Positions 1-14,520 of a stretch of 64,000 bases of DNA are shown piece after piece; position 1 is the first letter of the stretch; the number at the start of each line of letters is the position of its first letter. A program made the position numbers and the translations under genes. The stretch comes from Lama glama. Its lineage: Eukaryota. The stretch spans positions 97,342,001-97,406,000 of the forward strand of contig CM052817.1 in NCBI GenBank assembly GCA_028534125.1, given 5' to 3'. The notes beneath the pieces were generated by a model that was given only the letters and a program-made list of their open reading frames with translations, searched no databases and was not told the origin of the DNA.

Positions 1-1149
1 TGGGCCTAAGTTTGGCCCAATGATTCTGAATTGATTAGTTGACTGGGTCTGATCCCAAATGTCTACCTGTAAAAACGAATAAAAATAACATGCATATACC
101 CAAACTTTGTGAAATTAGTGCCTGTAATTACACAAAACATTAAAAAAATAATTTCTTATTAAATCAAAAAGTTCTGATACAAAGATAGTCCTATTTCTCA
201 CATGTTCTCTCTCTCTCACACACACCATAAAACAGTAAGCAGATACAAATACAGAACAAAAACAAGTAAGTCATTTACTCTCATGAAGTTTATATTTTAA
301 ACGTATAGCTTTGTTTCACACAGATGAGCGTTAAAATTCTAATTCCCACACACACAAGGAATAAGCTACAGTTGTAAAAGTCTCAAATGGCACCTGTCAA
401 GGTTCATTATCCATCACTGATCAGCTTTCCAATGAAAGAAAAAGATGTGCAGATACTTAGGCGTTTCCGTATTTATATGTGACTCAGTTACAAAAACAAT
501 TCTTTCCTCAGCTACGACCAGAGACTACTTAAAACAACAAAAGCTAAGCAAAAACCTCCAAAAAGTTCTTTTGCTTCAGAAGCAGAGAAGGGCAGGTTCT
601 GTAAGCAGCCAAAATGTGGGTTTTGATACGAAGGCTGACCCACAGGCAGGGCTACAAAGAGGCACCCACTCCAAGTGCCCTTCTCCCCACTGCTTTATTC
701 TTACTTATCCCTCTGTTCACCAATTAGTAAGCCAAGGAGGGGAGTCCTCGTATTGGAAGGTATAAAGTGCCTTTAGAAAGACACCAGAGGTAAATCCTAC
801 CTCCTTACCTTCTCCTGAGCCAGTCATACAGTTAAGGAAAGACAGAAGAGAGTGGCGGGGACAATAGTCTTAAATACATTGATTTCAGTACTATACACAA
901 AATTTCTTCCCCCATTTTCTGGAAATCAGCCTTCTGGAACCCACCTTTTTCTCAGGGAAATGCTGGTCCCCACCATTGGTCTAAGTGGTTCAGGTTGGCC
1001 AACTCCAGCCAGAAGTAGCCTATCAGATGGCTGCTCTCCCCGGCCACAGTGACTGGTAGGGAGGGCGCCACGTGAGTCAAGTTCAGTCTATGGAAATTCA
1101 ACTGGGGGCTTTCATAAGGAACCCTGGGGACTGAAAACCTCTTTAATGG

Positions 1150-1380
1150 AAGCCTGGTGGCTGTCTCATCACTATGAGGGAACCTGCATAGGACTAGAGC
1201 CAGAGCAAAGTCAAGTGATGGAGAGAATGAGAGTGAGTTCGAATGACCTGGCTTAAGACCATGGCTTGCCTGAAACCAAGCCCACACTAGGACTTTCCAG
1301 TTATATGGGCCACTGAATTTCCACTGGTGCTTAAGCCAGTCTGTGTTGACTTTTCTGTCACCTATAACCAAGAGCCCAAA
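1150..1380 (+). mobile_element. Old MaLR LTR fragment (MLT1J/K-like 3' part)
   Basis: ggactttccagttatatgggcc...gcttaagccagtctgtgttgacttttctgtcacctataaccaagag resembles the MLT1 LTR 3' end. Confidence 0.55.
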
Positions 1381-2447
1381 TCCCAAGAAAGAAATGCAGA
1401 ACTACTATTAGCAATTCAATGCTGGGCTTGGGAACTATTAAATAATTAATAGTGTAAATAATATAAAATCATGTACCATCAATTAAATAATGCAGAATCA
1501 ATCCCAGAAGCACAGAAATAACTACTCGGTCAGCTTTATTCCATCCCAGAACTGAGGACATTTCATCAGCAAAACAAAGACAAAACATTTGAGTCGTTTA
1601 TACTTAAGCCTCTGAAGTACCAATTCATCTCTCAGAAAAATGTCCTAAGAAACACACCTGCAGGAATCTTATGCTGAACTCCTTAGAGAGAATGAGTGCC
1701 AATTACAGAATACTTCTACTGATAGCAAAAAATTCTACACTTTGACCAGTCATAGCAGTCAACATTAATAAAACCATCTGGCCTAAGTCTGATGTTAATT
1801 AACTGCTTGTACGTAAGGTTGGAGGAAGGCAAAGACAAACTAAAAGACCATTTCTCCTTACAGAGTACAATTACTTGGACAGAAGCAAAAGCTAGAATAG
1901 ATACACTTAAAGAATCTCAGTCAAATTTCTCATTTAATGTACTGGTTTGGAAATCTTCAGTAGGATTTCAAATGGGGACCTGGAATCTCAAGCAGCTGTT
2001 AGATGACATTATTCTGTACAGAAACAAACTTAAATTACAGACATGATCCTGATAGGAATGTTTTAATTTGCCACAAACACCATATATTTATACAGAAACA
2101 CAGAAAAGGCAGACACGCTCTATTCTGTGCATGCCTAGTAAAAACGCTCTTTCAGAGCATGCGAATTAAATTTATGGTGACACAGAATTATCTCTCTAAG
2201 TCTCAGTGAAAAATAAACTGAGACAAACTAACAACAACAACAAAAGCCCAGTCTTTTTTTGACAGGCTGATCTCAATTGACAATTTCAAATTCTGGCTGT
2301 TCAATATTGCTTAGTGGAAACTCTCCAGATGGTTTCCAGACAAGGCATTATTACTATTGATCACTGACAGATCACATTCAAAAACATTTTTAAAAATTAC
2401 TTCCCAGTAATGCTATAGCGCCAACTGTGCAAGTGAAGGACACACTA

Positions 2448-2648
<201 letters not shown>

Positions 2649-3479
2649 TTAAATAACTACACTGTAATGGCACATTTGACATGCTATACAGCTTAGCTGA
2701 AAGTCTTTCAGTAATCGTGGTTCTGTAAATGAACTCAGTAGGGTCACATACCACGTGACTCAGAAAATGAAGGCAGAGCCCTCTGAGGGGAGTGATGTAT
2801 CAAGAATTCTGTAGAGCAAAGCCTCTCTTCTCTGTGTACTAAGAAATCATACACAATCGCATGCAAACCTTTTCCTATTTAACATTTACCGAAAAGCATT
2901 ATTTGCATTCTAGGTGAGCAGGGAGGAGAGAAATCTTGAGCCAAGTCATCGTGGAAGTATTTTAGGCATCAGAGGGTTATTACAATACTTCTTGACTCTC
3001 TTCACCCAGACTCAGATTATATATCTCAATTATGTCAGATAAAAAAGTCTCCTCTCTCCAAAACAACTAATTAAAATAAAAATAATTCTTACTTCTACTG
3101 CCAATAATTTCACCCCTCGCAGCTCCTGCATTTCTTCCACATTACCTTATATAGGTATGTTCAAATTACTTCATTTACTTACTTATTTACTTACAAATAC
3201 TTACTAATTTGAAGAGACACAGTCAATACGAAGAACAAGCCATCTATGGTAACTATCTCAGGTATCTTTCATGGTAAGAAACTGAGGAGTTCAGTTTTTA
3301 GGGACAAAGTTAACCCTTTAAGCAACAATCTGTAGACGCACTTTTTAAGGAGACTCTTCTGAATATATGCATGACTGGCACAATCTGAATAACACTGTTT
3401 AAAATTCTAATAAGGTCTCATAGCTCAGTGACAGGTGGGTACCAAGCAGGCAACAAATTTGATTTTTTTTTCATTCCTA

Positions 3480-3720
3480 ATCCACATGCATTTATTGAAT
3501 ATCCACCCACCGGTCCTGTGCAAGGTACTGAGGAAATGAATATAAACAGCCCTGGCCCTGTCCTCCAAGTTGGTGGAGACACGGACTGTAGCCGTGTGTG
3601 CTTAGGTGTGGGGTAATATGGCGGCATGCTGTAGGCTCTGCCTTCCGTACTGCGGAGGGTGGGGGTACACAAGTCAGAGAGGTGACAGCTGAGCTGAGTT
3701 TTGCAGCACAACTAGATGGT
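3480..3720 (-). mobile_element. L2 3'-end fragment
   Basis: catttattgaatatcc...tgtgcaaggtactgaggaa...ggccctgtcctccaag is a typical reverse-complemented L2 tail. Confidence 0.55.
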
Positions 3721-4512
3721 AGCCAGACAAAGAAAGAGGGCAGAGGGAGCAGGATGTGCAATGGCTCAGAGAAATGGGAGCTGGACGTGTGCAGGGTGGA
3801 TGGATTCGGGGTATGGCACTGCCGTCACCTTGCTGTCCAGGCTTTCATCTCCACGTGAAACAGCAGGAACATGGGAAACAGACTCAAAGAAAACACATAA
3901 AAGGCTGGAAGGGTTATGTCATGGTGATGATTTCTCTGTTTTTCAAATTAGCCAAAACATGATAATATTGCCTTGGTAATTTTTTTAAAAAACATGATTT
4001 GCTATGTTTTAACTACACTCTCACCAAAAAACAGATGACGGAACAAACTATTCAGCCGCTCAGAGCGCTGGAGCACGCCTGACTTTCTAGAAAATGAGTT
4101 CTTACATCAAGGACTGAAACAATGTTCTCCAAAGTTGTTTCTCCTTCTGAGAAAAGCACTCTTTATTATTTTTATTAGTGTCCTTTGACTTCTTTATGGC
4201 ATTCAAAACATTCCATTTCAGCACCAGTAACTTCTCCGGCAGATTAGCCAGTAAAAACTCAATCCATACTCTGTCTGACTCTCCGATGCTTCACAGGGAA
4301 ATACCATGACTTTGTAAACAATTAGAATGTAACTTAAAAATCATCATTAACATGTAATTGCTTTTCCACAACCACAAACATCTGAGGGATTTGTAGTTAA
4401 CATTTTTGTGAACCTTGGTCATGGTCCCCAAACTTAAGAGTCTCTTAACTTTCGTCTTTGGAAGTCTCCCCTTCTTCTCCAAACTCACTTTCTGGGCTCA
4501 GTTAACAGCATC

Positions 4513-4964
4513 AGTTATGGGCTGAATTGTGCCCTCCTCCAATTCCTATGCCGAAGTCCTAGCCCCGAGGACATCAGAGTGTGATCTTTTTTTGGGTACA
4601 CAGTCAGAGCAGAGATGGTTTGTTAAGATGAGAGGTCATTCTGGAGAAGGTGGGCCCCTAATCCAATGTGACTGGTGTCCTTATTAAAATGAGGAAATGA
4701 GGACACAGACACACACAGGGGGAATGCCCTGTGAAGATGAAGGAAATGATTCTTTCACAGGCCAAGGAACACCAAAGACGGCCAGCACACTGCCAGAAGC
4801 TGGGAGAGGGATGGAGCAGACGCTCCCTCACAGCCCTCAGCAGGAACTGACGCAGCCAACACGTTCATCTTGGAAGTGCCTACAGAACCAGGAAATAACC
4901 CACTCCTGTTGTGTAAGCTGCCCATTTGTGGTACTTTGTTAGGGAGCCTGAGCCAACCGGTACA
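4513..4964 (+). mobile_element. MaLR solo LTR (MLT1B/C/D-like)
   Basis: Starts gttatgggctgaattgtgcc, has internal ccctaatccaatgtgactggtgtcctt and gccaaggaacaccaaag, and ends tgtggtactttgtt...taca. Confidence 0.85.
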
Positions 4965-4999
4965 GAAACTTAGACTCACCCCTGACTATTCTTTCTCTC

Positions 5000-5775
5000 T
5001 GTTTTCTTTCCCCATCTGTCAAATTCTAGTTACTTCACCCTCAGAAGACATCCAACTCCAATCACTTCCCACACCTCCTCCGGTGCCACACCAGTCCAAG
5101 CTATCAACACCTCTTCCAGGGATGTGCAAAAGCCTGTTGGCTGGTCATCCTGTTTCTCCCTGCCCTCTTCCTTCCCTGGTAGCCAAAATGATCCTTATTC
5201 AGTCCTTTGCTCAAAACCATCCAAGGGATTTCCCTCACTCTCAGAGGAAAAGTCAAAGTCAACCTCTGACCACAGAGCCCTGATTTGGCCCCTGAGACTT
5301 CACTAACCTCTTTCCCTTGCCTGAGCGCCTTCAGCAACACTGGCCTCCTTGCTAGACCTCAAACATCCGAGGTGTGCTCCCACCTCAGGGCCTTTGCACG
5401 TGCTGCCCCCAGTTCACCTTGATATCTCTGTAGCCCCCTCCCTCACCTCCCTTCAGGACTGTATCCAAATACCACTTCCTCAGTCAGGCCTTCCCTGGCC
5501 ATTCTACTGAAAATATCCATTCTTCCCAACCTCCTTCCCCTCCTGCTGTATTTTTCTCCCTAGGGTATATCACTATCTCACATGTTGTCTGTTCTTTACG
5601 TCTTTGGTCTGTTTACTGTTTGGTCCGTTTATTGTTTCCTTCATCCACACAAGAAGGTCAACTCCACAGGGGCTGGGATTTTCTTTGGTGTTTGGTTTTC
5701 CACTATGTCCCCAGTGTATGGAATGGTACCCAGTACCTCGTAGGCACCCAGGTAACACCTGGCATAAATGAGTGA
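5000..5775 (+). mobile_element. L2 3' region
   Basis: Pyrimidine-rich sequence with cctcagggcctttgcac, ccttccctggcca, aaggtcaactccacagggg and a terminal aaatgagtga. Confidence 0.75.
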
Positions 5776-6079
5776 TCTCAGATAATTGGCATTTTCACAG
5801 TAGTCATCAATTCTGAGCTCTGACTTACAGAAAGGGACGTTCTTTGTTTTTAAATGTCTTGAGCATGAAAAGTATGGAGTGAAATCAAATGACGAGCAGT
5901 CAAAGAGAAAGTGTAGCCTAAAAAAGGATGCATTGTGAAACTCAAATTAAAAGTCCTTTTGCTTAATGACAAGATTCAAGCAAACCCGAGTTATGTTTCC
6001 TTGTTGATCACTAACATCTCTCAATGAGGAAGGCACACGCTTGCCTCTGCAGGCCTCCCAGCAGCCCTCTAACAGGGCT

Positions 6080-6985
6080 CTTTCTCATTTTCCTGGTCAT
6101 CGATGTAGATCTCTGGCGTTCAACCTTCGGCCATCTTTCCTCTCACTTCTCCACTCTACCGCTGAATGATCTCCGCCTTCCCGGCCCAAACAGCTCCTGT
6201 GGGGAATGGCTTCCCGAACCTGTACATCCAGCTCCAACCTCTCCCCACATTACAATTTCACATGGTCACCTCCTTCACATAACTTCCCTGCCTTTCTGTG
6301 CCACTGGCCTCTGGAAGGGTACCGCCACCTGCTAGGTGCCCAGGTTCAAACCTTAACGAATCCGTTTCCAAGTCCTGCTCGTTTAGCCTCACACCCTCTC
6401 CCATTGCTTCTCTTCACTCCTCTGGTGGGAACACTGGTTCAAGCCCTTGTCACTTCCTCAGGGTTCCTCCCCAACCTCCCCCCACCCTGCCCTCTCAAAT
6501 TCCTTCTACAGTGGCTGACAAATGAAGTTTCCTGTCACAGATTTCTGGTTCTATGACTTTCCAGCTCAGAAACCTTCACCCCTACCCGGTGCCTCCGTGA
6601 ATGGTAACACTTCAGTCCCTCTTCCTCCTCTGCCTTCCCCCGCTGGTCCTCCCAAGCTTGCGCTCGCCAGGCTCCTACATCCCCATCGGGATGCTGTGGG
6701 TACCGCCATCTGTACACCGACTCCCACTCCAACTTCTGCAAAACCCGTCCATCCTCCAAGGGCCCCTGACATTCTCCAGGCAGGATGCCCCACTGTCCCG
6801 TTGTCCTGATTCACTGTCCCATTTCCCGAACCCCCCTCCCTCAGCAGTCACCACTGTGGCCCTGACATTCGTGACTTGTGCACTTACCCTAATCCCCTGA
6901 GGGCAAGGACCTTGTTGTCCTCTGCCTCTCTGTGCTCTCTGCTGCCATTAGTGCAGCGTTGGTACTATTTATTGAGTAAATGAAA
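6080..6985 (+). mobile_element. Degenerate L2
   Basis: C/T-rich L2-like sequence ending ccctgagggcaaggacc...tattgagtaaatgaa. Confidence 0.5.
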
Positions 6986-7049
6986 TCACACTCTTAATCT
7001 CATGACAGTAGAATGTAAATTTCCAAAAGGCGATTTTACAGGAGGTAAG

Positions 7050-7250
7050 TGAATGAGGCCAAAGTTATAGGTTCAATTCCCATACGGTTCATTTAGCTTT
7101 GCACAGAGGGAAAACAAAACAAAACAAAACACATCCAAGGAGACAAACTATCCTCAAAGCTCAGCGAGCTATTCCACAAGCATATGCACTACTGACACAG
7201 AAGACAGGCCACAAAGTGTGGGCGGGTCAGGAAAACTCCAATCTCCATTG
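7050..7250 (+). mobile_element. MamSINE1-like ancient tRNA-derived SINE
   Basis: aatgaggccaaagttataggttcaattcccatacggttcatttagctttgcacagag... contains a B-box-like GGTTCAATTCC and follows the MamSINE1 consensus as I recall it through gtgtgggcgggtcag. Confidence 0.6.
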
Positions 7251-8344
7251 AGACTCTATCTTGTGGTTATCTCTGAAACTGAAAGTTTCAGTCAAATTGG
7301 ATTTCAAGCTCAAGTTAAAGTCAATGTATTACACACAGTAAATAGCCATTATTTGATCTGATCAAGCATAAAAACATCTACATGTAAAAACTTACTTTTC
7401 CTAGAATAGCTAATCATATGGCACTTAAAATCTTTCCCGCATCTATAATTGTCTCTATGCTGATTTTGCTTAAAATTTCTGCATAAATGTACGCATTATA
7501 ATGGTATTCTACCTCTTAAAAAACATTTTAATATTGACGAGTTGGGAAAAACTACCCAAATTGGTCATTTTTGGTCTTGGTAATCAAAGACACATTGTTC
7601 ACAGAAAGAAGTTGATAATCAACAGATAAAGGTAGTTCATAGGATTTTCTACAAATGGTAAAATACTATAAAGCAGAAATGAGTGAACATTGTATTTCCA
7701 CTTGTAAACCCAGGGAAACACAAGTAAGATGTAACTATTTTCAGCACCAAACATAATAGTTCTAGCGATTCATTGAAGAGATTGAAGAAATTAATCAAAG
7801 GTTCATGCTGATTTTGGTGACAACTGGGAGGCGGATATACTAACCAATCATCAAAAACAAGTACATGGCTCTTTTCCCCCAAAACAGCTGGATGCTTAGG
7901 GAGAAGCAGTAAGAAGCTGTGTGAGAAAACATGATTTTTACCAACCAAAAAATAACTGGAGAAATTGGCTAAGAATCTATAAGGCGCCATGCTGTTCCAG
8001 GAATTACCATATGGAAAACTGTCTTTCCCCACCTTCCTAACAGTTATATAACAATGCAGTAGTGATTGATCCACTATTCAGTGGCCAGAAATTCTTCAGA
8101 TGAAAAGAATACCTTGTCTTATTTCTTAAACTCAATTCAATGTGAAGGAAACAAACCTCCCTTCTGCACTATCACTTAATCGGATACACACTTCTACCAT
8201 CACCACCAGCTACTGAAAAGGTTTTTTCCCCACATGCAGTCAATTCAAGCATTCATTCAGTTACCCAGCGCATAGAGAATTTGGAGGAATATATAAACAA
8301 CACCTCAGGAAATAGCCTTATGGCCAAACATGCTGATGTGTCGC

Positions 8345-9125
8345 AATCATTCATTAATTAAACTGTTCATTGGAAGCCTGCCATGGGCCCCACTGTTCTA
8401 GGCACTCAGCTGAAATAAGAGAGAAAGTTCCTATTCTCTGGGAGTTTCTGCCTTATTAGGAGAGAAAGACAATACAGAAGGAGGGAAATAAATTCAGATA
8501 GTGATGAATGCTAAGAAGAAAATGACAGAGATTGAGATTGAATGGAATGGTGGAGGGTTCGAATTCTTTAGAAAGGTGGCCTGAGAAGTCGGCTCGGGGG
8601 AGACGGCCAGGCGTGGGAGGATGCCGAGCAGAGGGAAGAGCAAGTGCAAAGTCCCTGAGACAAGAATGAACGTGACACATTCCAGAGACGGAAACAAGGG
8701 CGACGTGGCTGAAAGGAGGAAGGGGTAGGGGTGGTGGGCTGTGAGGGCCAGGAAGAAGACAGAGAGGGACCACGTGGGTCTGCAGGGCTATGGTAACGAC
8801 AAAGGATGCTATTTTAAGTGCCGTCACGAGTGATGTGAATATTGAGATGATTTAAGCAGAAGGGTAACATGATCTGAGTGACATTTAAAAATCTTACTTT
8901 GGCTGCTGTCTGGAGAATGGACTACAGGAGTGGGTGATGTTGGAACTGGGGAGACCAGCCAAGTTGGCTCCTGCAATTATCCAGGCAGGAGATGATAATA
9001 GCTTGGATTAAGCTTAAAGTTGTAAAGACAGTGAGAGAAATGGCCTTTTTAAAAAAGTAGACAGTACCAACAGGACCCGCAGAGAAACTGGATGGCGGTG
9101 CTATCCGTATTTACAGATTGGAGGG
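8345..9125 (-). mobile_element. L2 (reverse orientation)
   Basis: cattcattaa...tgttctaggcact, gcaagtgcaaagtccctgag and ggctgctgtctggagaatggact are hallmark antisense L2 motifs. Confidence 0.75.
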
Positions 9126-9466
9126 AAGAGCAGTCTGGGGGGGGGTCTGTTGTGGACCCAACAGTGGTAAAACAGTATTGGTATGCTATGTTCCTATTTT
9201 TTGTAAATAGTAGAATAGCAATAATATTAAGTCACAATCTACGCATAGGAAAAACTGGGAGCAATATATATCAGGAGTATGTAACCTTTCTGGGCCAGTT
9301 TTGTCACCTGTTAAGTAGTGATTACAGTAGTGCTATCTTATTGGGTTCTTACAGGTTAAATTACTTGGTATATTTAAGAGCATTTACCACAGGGTCTGAC
9401 ACAAAGTCAGTGCTATTTAAATCCTGGCTATTAATAATCAGTATTACTACTGGATCTACAATTCTT

Positions 9467-9747
9467 TTGTTTAACTGAAGTACAGTCAGTTACGATTGTA
9501 CAGCACAATGTCCCAGTCATGCATATACATGCATATATTCATTTTCATATTCTTTTTCATTCAATGTTATTACAAGACATTGAATCTAGTTCCCTGTGCT
9601 ATACAGAAGAAACTTGTTTTTTTAATCCATTTTTATGTATAGTGGCTAACATGTGCAAATCTCAAACTCCCAAATTTATCCCTTCCCACCTCCTTTCCCC
9701 CGGTAACGATAAGATTGTTTACTATGTCTGAGTCTGTTTCTGTTTTG
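9467..9747 (-). mobile_element. Young L1 3' end with target-site duplication
   Basis: Reverse complement of the L1 3' UTR (gttccctgtgctatacag). TSD ggatctacaattctt (9452-9466) / ggatctacagttctt (9748-9762). Confidence 0.9.
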
Positions 9748-11099
9748 GGATCTACAGTTCTTAACAGTGACTGCCATAGGAGTGGAACTATAGATAATTC
9801 TACTTTTCTTATTACATTTTTCTGTACTGCTTTAAATTTATATAAGCATGTATAAACATAGGTTAGCAGCAGAAAAAAAGGTTTTTAACAATATAGTATA
9901 AGAGAGTGGTACACCAGCAGCCGTGGTGTTTGCTTACTGCACAGGCAGTGTTCCGTGTACAAATGGGTTTGGGTGTCTCTTGTAAGAACTCTGGTTCCCC
10001 TGATGTCTGTAGTGTGCAGGTTGGGAACAGCCACATTATATCATTAAGATAAATCATTGTTTATCAAATATATACTGTTTCATATAAAGAACACTGAGAA
10101 ACGTTAAGAATTTGGAGAGCACTTGACATACAAAAGATATGTTTCAAAAACAAATCAATGACTTTAAGGACTAGTTTACTAAAATCCTTGTTTTCATCCA
10201 CACGTAAAATACACAAAATAAAAAAACCCAAAAACCTTTTTGCTGTTTCCTTTTGTTTTGATAAGCATCCATCCTGAGTCACAATATTTAACCTGAGGGA
10301 TCTCATGTTAGTTTTCCCATTATTTAGGGGGACTATTTGGGAGTGATTCTTGTGGAACATTTTCTTTTATGGGATTATCTTTGATGATAAGTGAATCATT
10401 AATGTTTTGGAGGATAATTTACCACTAAATAAGATTCATCCTCTTAGATCACAGTTCATAATGCACCACAGACAGGAATTAAATAATTGGTACACAGCTT
10501 ACAATCTCAGATGTATGAATAAAGTTACAGACAAAGTTACCCGACACAGAAAATTCAGGGACATAACTACCTTGGAAGATAAAATTTAAAGCACAATGAT
10601 GGCTGGTTAGTCTTTTCCAATTTACTTTTTTGTTTGTTTTCACAAGTTTATACGATTAGTAATATTTCTTAGAGTGGCTCTGTTTAATGAGATGTATTTT
10701 CTCTACTCTGAATTTCATTTAAGTGAATGCAATTTTCCCATAAAGGAATTAAAATTATAATCTAGAGAGCACAGCTTTAGCACAGCAGGAAAGTATCCTG
10801 ACAGATATTAAAGGAAAAAAAAAAAGGTAGGAATATTTTGGATCACAAGAAACTGACGCCCACCCTAGTGTGTATAAAATTTCATTTTAAAAATAAGGAT
10901 ATATTCTAGAAGGGCATTCAAGTAACTTTTTCTCCTTAAACTATGGTTAGGCAAATACATATTTGATCAAAATATGCAAAATCTATTTTTTTGGAAAATA
11001 GGCAAAAATACTTAAATCTAGATTAAAATGTATTTTCTAAAAAAACAAAGAAAACTGTCAGATGTAATTACTGGCCGCTGTACTGCTAATGAATCATTT

Positions 11100-12050
11100 T
11101 AATCAAATGATTTTTACAAAACACGGGTATGTGGAAGTCCTTCTGAGGACACAAAGACGGCAAATCACTTGTACTTTCACTGAGTTTAGCTGAGTAGGGG
11201 AGGTAAGACCTGGAGACCGATAAATATTCAAGTCACTGTGTGGCAGGAGTCATCCATGGCTTAAAAATAAGTCAGAATTCAGCAAGAGCCCAATAACTTG
11301 CTGCCGGGATGACGGACAGCTTCAGGGAGGAATGGGGCAGTGTGAAAATGAGCTGGAAAAGAAAGCAGCCCAGACCAGGACAAACACACTGGGGTCCAGA
11401 ACTTGACAAGCTGCATCCTAAAAGTGCAGAAAAGGGCAAAACTAAGTGGTTAGAGATGATCCTCAGACAATGAATTGAAACATCTGGTTGACAACTGAAA
11501 ACATGACACGGAAAATGAAGAGAGATGGGTACACAGATCTACCACATTAGAGGACACAAAGTGATCGGTTACAGTTTTTAACATGTACAGAGTAGACAAT
11601 GACAGCAGAAAGGTCTGATGACCTGGGAGGAAACTAAGGACCACTGAGAAGGGCAAGCAGGGAAAACATGCTCAACAAGAGAAAGGCTGAAACCTACTTA
11701 AAAGGCAGGTTGCTCTCAGGGAGCAAGGATTCTAGATTTTATTCATGGAACCATGGATGAGCTCACCCGAGCGAAAGGTAAAATGAAGAGAAAAGAAAGT
11801 CATAGGTGGCAGTCTACAGGAAACTAGCATTTCTGGTCAGGCAGGGAAAGAACTTGCTAGCAAACCAAAGAGGAAGAAAAATCAAAGAAGAAAGACCAAA
11901 GAGGCAGGAAGGCAAGACAACGCAGAGTCTTGCAATCAAAGAGAAGAGATCAGGAACGGGAGACCAGCAGGGTCAAATGCCACCAAGAGGCTGAGACTTA
12001 AGGTTGACCACTGGGACACGGTCATCATTGACACCGCCGACCTCAGTGAT
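11100..12050 (-). mobile_element. Degenerate L2
   Basis: Purine-rich stretch with L2-like motifs such as gtcaaatgccaccaagagg and ggtcatcattgac. Confidence 0.4.
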
Positions 12051-14520
12051 GGCTGTCTTTCCTGCATATGTAAGATGGCATATATAAGCCACATTAAAGT
12101 GAAAGGCACTCCTCATCTTCTCTATTAAGAAATTTCCATATTCACGCAAGTTGTCTTTGTCATAAAACAATACCTGGTAATTTGAGCCTATGCAGCCTCT
12201 AAACAGATCTAACATCAAATCATCTTCAGAAACATGCACTGAGCACATACATGCTGGTCAGTGGTTGCTAATACAATGACCAAATGTATGTGCTTGAAAA
12301 AAAAAAAAAGCCTCCATGTTTTATTTTGCCCCTGCGATCACTGGCATGTGGGAGTCTATTTATACACATTGTAAGTTAGTTACTTAGCATCCCCTGGGAT
12401 GGAATCGTGGACTTATCACATCATCTGTGGGTCAGTACTTTATAAAGTATGTTTTAAGGAGATTACGTCTAAATACCTGCTTGAGTTGTATTAAAGGAGG
12501 TTTTAAGGAGATTACCACAAAATGCTTGCTTGAGTGTTTTTAATTACAGTGACTTTGCTTTTGACACATACTATAAATATTCAACATGATTTTATGTTCC
12601 CCCTCAACATTAACTATCCTTGTGCTAAGATGCAGACTTTGATGCTGAGACCGATGGCATGAGCACTGAGCACTCGTGGGTGCTGCCAAGCTGTGGATCT
12701 TGAACCCAAGTTATTTAGAAATTACTGATTTCAGTGTGTTTTTAGCTTATCCCATTTTCAAGAAGTTGATGTAACACATGCTTCATCATGGCCTTTCTGA
12801 GCAACAGAATACAGCTTCTCTCTATACATTTAATTAATGAGTCAAAACTCCAAACAGCTTTTTCCCAGAGTTGTTTTTCGTGCAGTCTAGAAATAATAAT
12901 TTTCAGTGCCCCCGTTACTGCCCTCTGGTTTGCCAGCTCAATTCAGCTACTACTGCTGCTCATACGTAAGATCACAGAGGCTTTTCAACTGCCACCTTCT
13001 ACCTGCCTTATTCTACGTTTTTCCACATGGGGTAAAGGGACAGCCTTCGTTATTTCAAGAATTTACAGGTGATAGGTTTAGAGATGCTCACTCCAAAATC
13101 TATAAATCAATGACATTAATGACAATGTCCTAGCACTCTTGGGGACAGTAAACATGACACCACGCCCCGTTTACTTCAACCTACTCAGTGTTTGATTCTG
13201 AGCAGTTACCACTCCTCCAAATATTAAAATCAGCAACTTAACAAGGCATCAAAAGTTGCAAGGAATGCTTAGATTAATTGGATCAAATGAATTCCCTTTC
13301 TAACACCTCAGTTTCTGAATAATCAATGAGGTATCACTTGAGAGTTAGGGGAAAAAAACTGGAAAAAAATCCCAAATAATAAACGTATTTTCTTAGGGTT
13401 AATTCTATAATTGTGAAACATCACTATTTTCTGGTCCGCTTAATACTGTTTTTCAGTAAAGTTATAAGGCATCTATCAAAATAAATCTTTCCCATTCACA
13501 CATTAGCTTATCACAGGTGAAAAAAAATAGTGGCCCTTTTCAAAACACTAAGAAATTTTTCTAGTTATGAGGGCTTTCTCCACAGGAGCCTACAGTATAA
13601 CCACACACAGGAAGAGTAACCCTGACCTTACTCTGCTTAAAGGCGGTGTGACCTGCATCTGGGTCCTGTCGGAAGGCGTCACCACGAAGAACAGTTTTGT
13701 CAGTGTGGCAAAGTGCTACGCAGGCTGATGACCGGCCCCACTGGTAAGCTCTGAAAAGAAGGTGTGTGTGTGCCCATATACCTAAAGAGAATCACACACG
13801 GACACTCGAACATGCCAGAATCTTCTGCAGCGTTCTTCTGCTCTGCAGGTAATTTTCATTAAGAATTCCCTCGGGAGAAAAAAAAGAGGCAGAGGCTTCA
13901 TGTAGGAGCAACCCGAGGCCACTAGGCAGTGGGTCTGGATAACTGAGTCTGCAAAGTAGCTCAGAGGCGCCTTTCCAACCCCTCCCCCGTCCTCTCAGGA
14001 TGGAGGAATCAACGCCGCACTGTTCCATCAGGAGCTGTCTATGCTCACCTTGAAGTTCCCTACAGAGCTGCCTTGTAAACCTCTCCCACTTAAGCACACT
14101 TTGCAGGATTAGGCCATATGAAGACGATGCTTTCCGACTGTTTTTGACCTGCAGAATCAGGAATTTCTTATGGTTCCATCTGACACACGTCTGGCCACTG
14201 GCTTCACCTGTCTACCACAGCACAGCACCTCTAAGTCAGTAAGACGATCATCTACTGTCACGTGGGCAACAGCACCTGCTAAGGATGACGGTCTCAGGCC
14301 TCCAAGGTGACACAAGGAAGGACGGGGTGAAGTTCAACACTGCTTATCCCACCCCCAACACTGTGCCAGTCCCTTCCACTACCACATTCTCTGGTGATTC
14401 CGGCTATTATTTTAGAAACTGTTGTTGTATACTTTGTTTATTTTTTCTGATGAATTTCAGTACTTCTGCTTTTACCTGAAATGCTAGTTAAAAAAATTCT
14501 TTTGTGTATATATATATATA

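Noticed and set aside
4870..9478. Several 100-140 aa ORFs
   Set aside because: Most lie in L2, MLT or MIR remnants, have low-complexity composition, and show no recognisable domain or exon structure.
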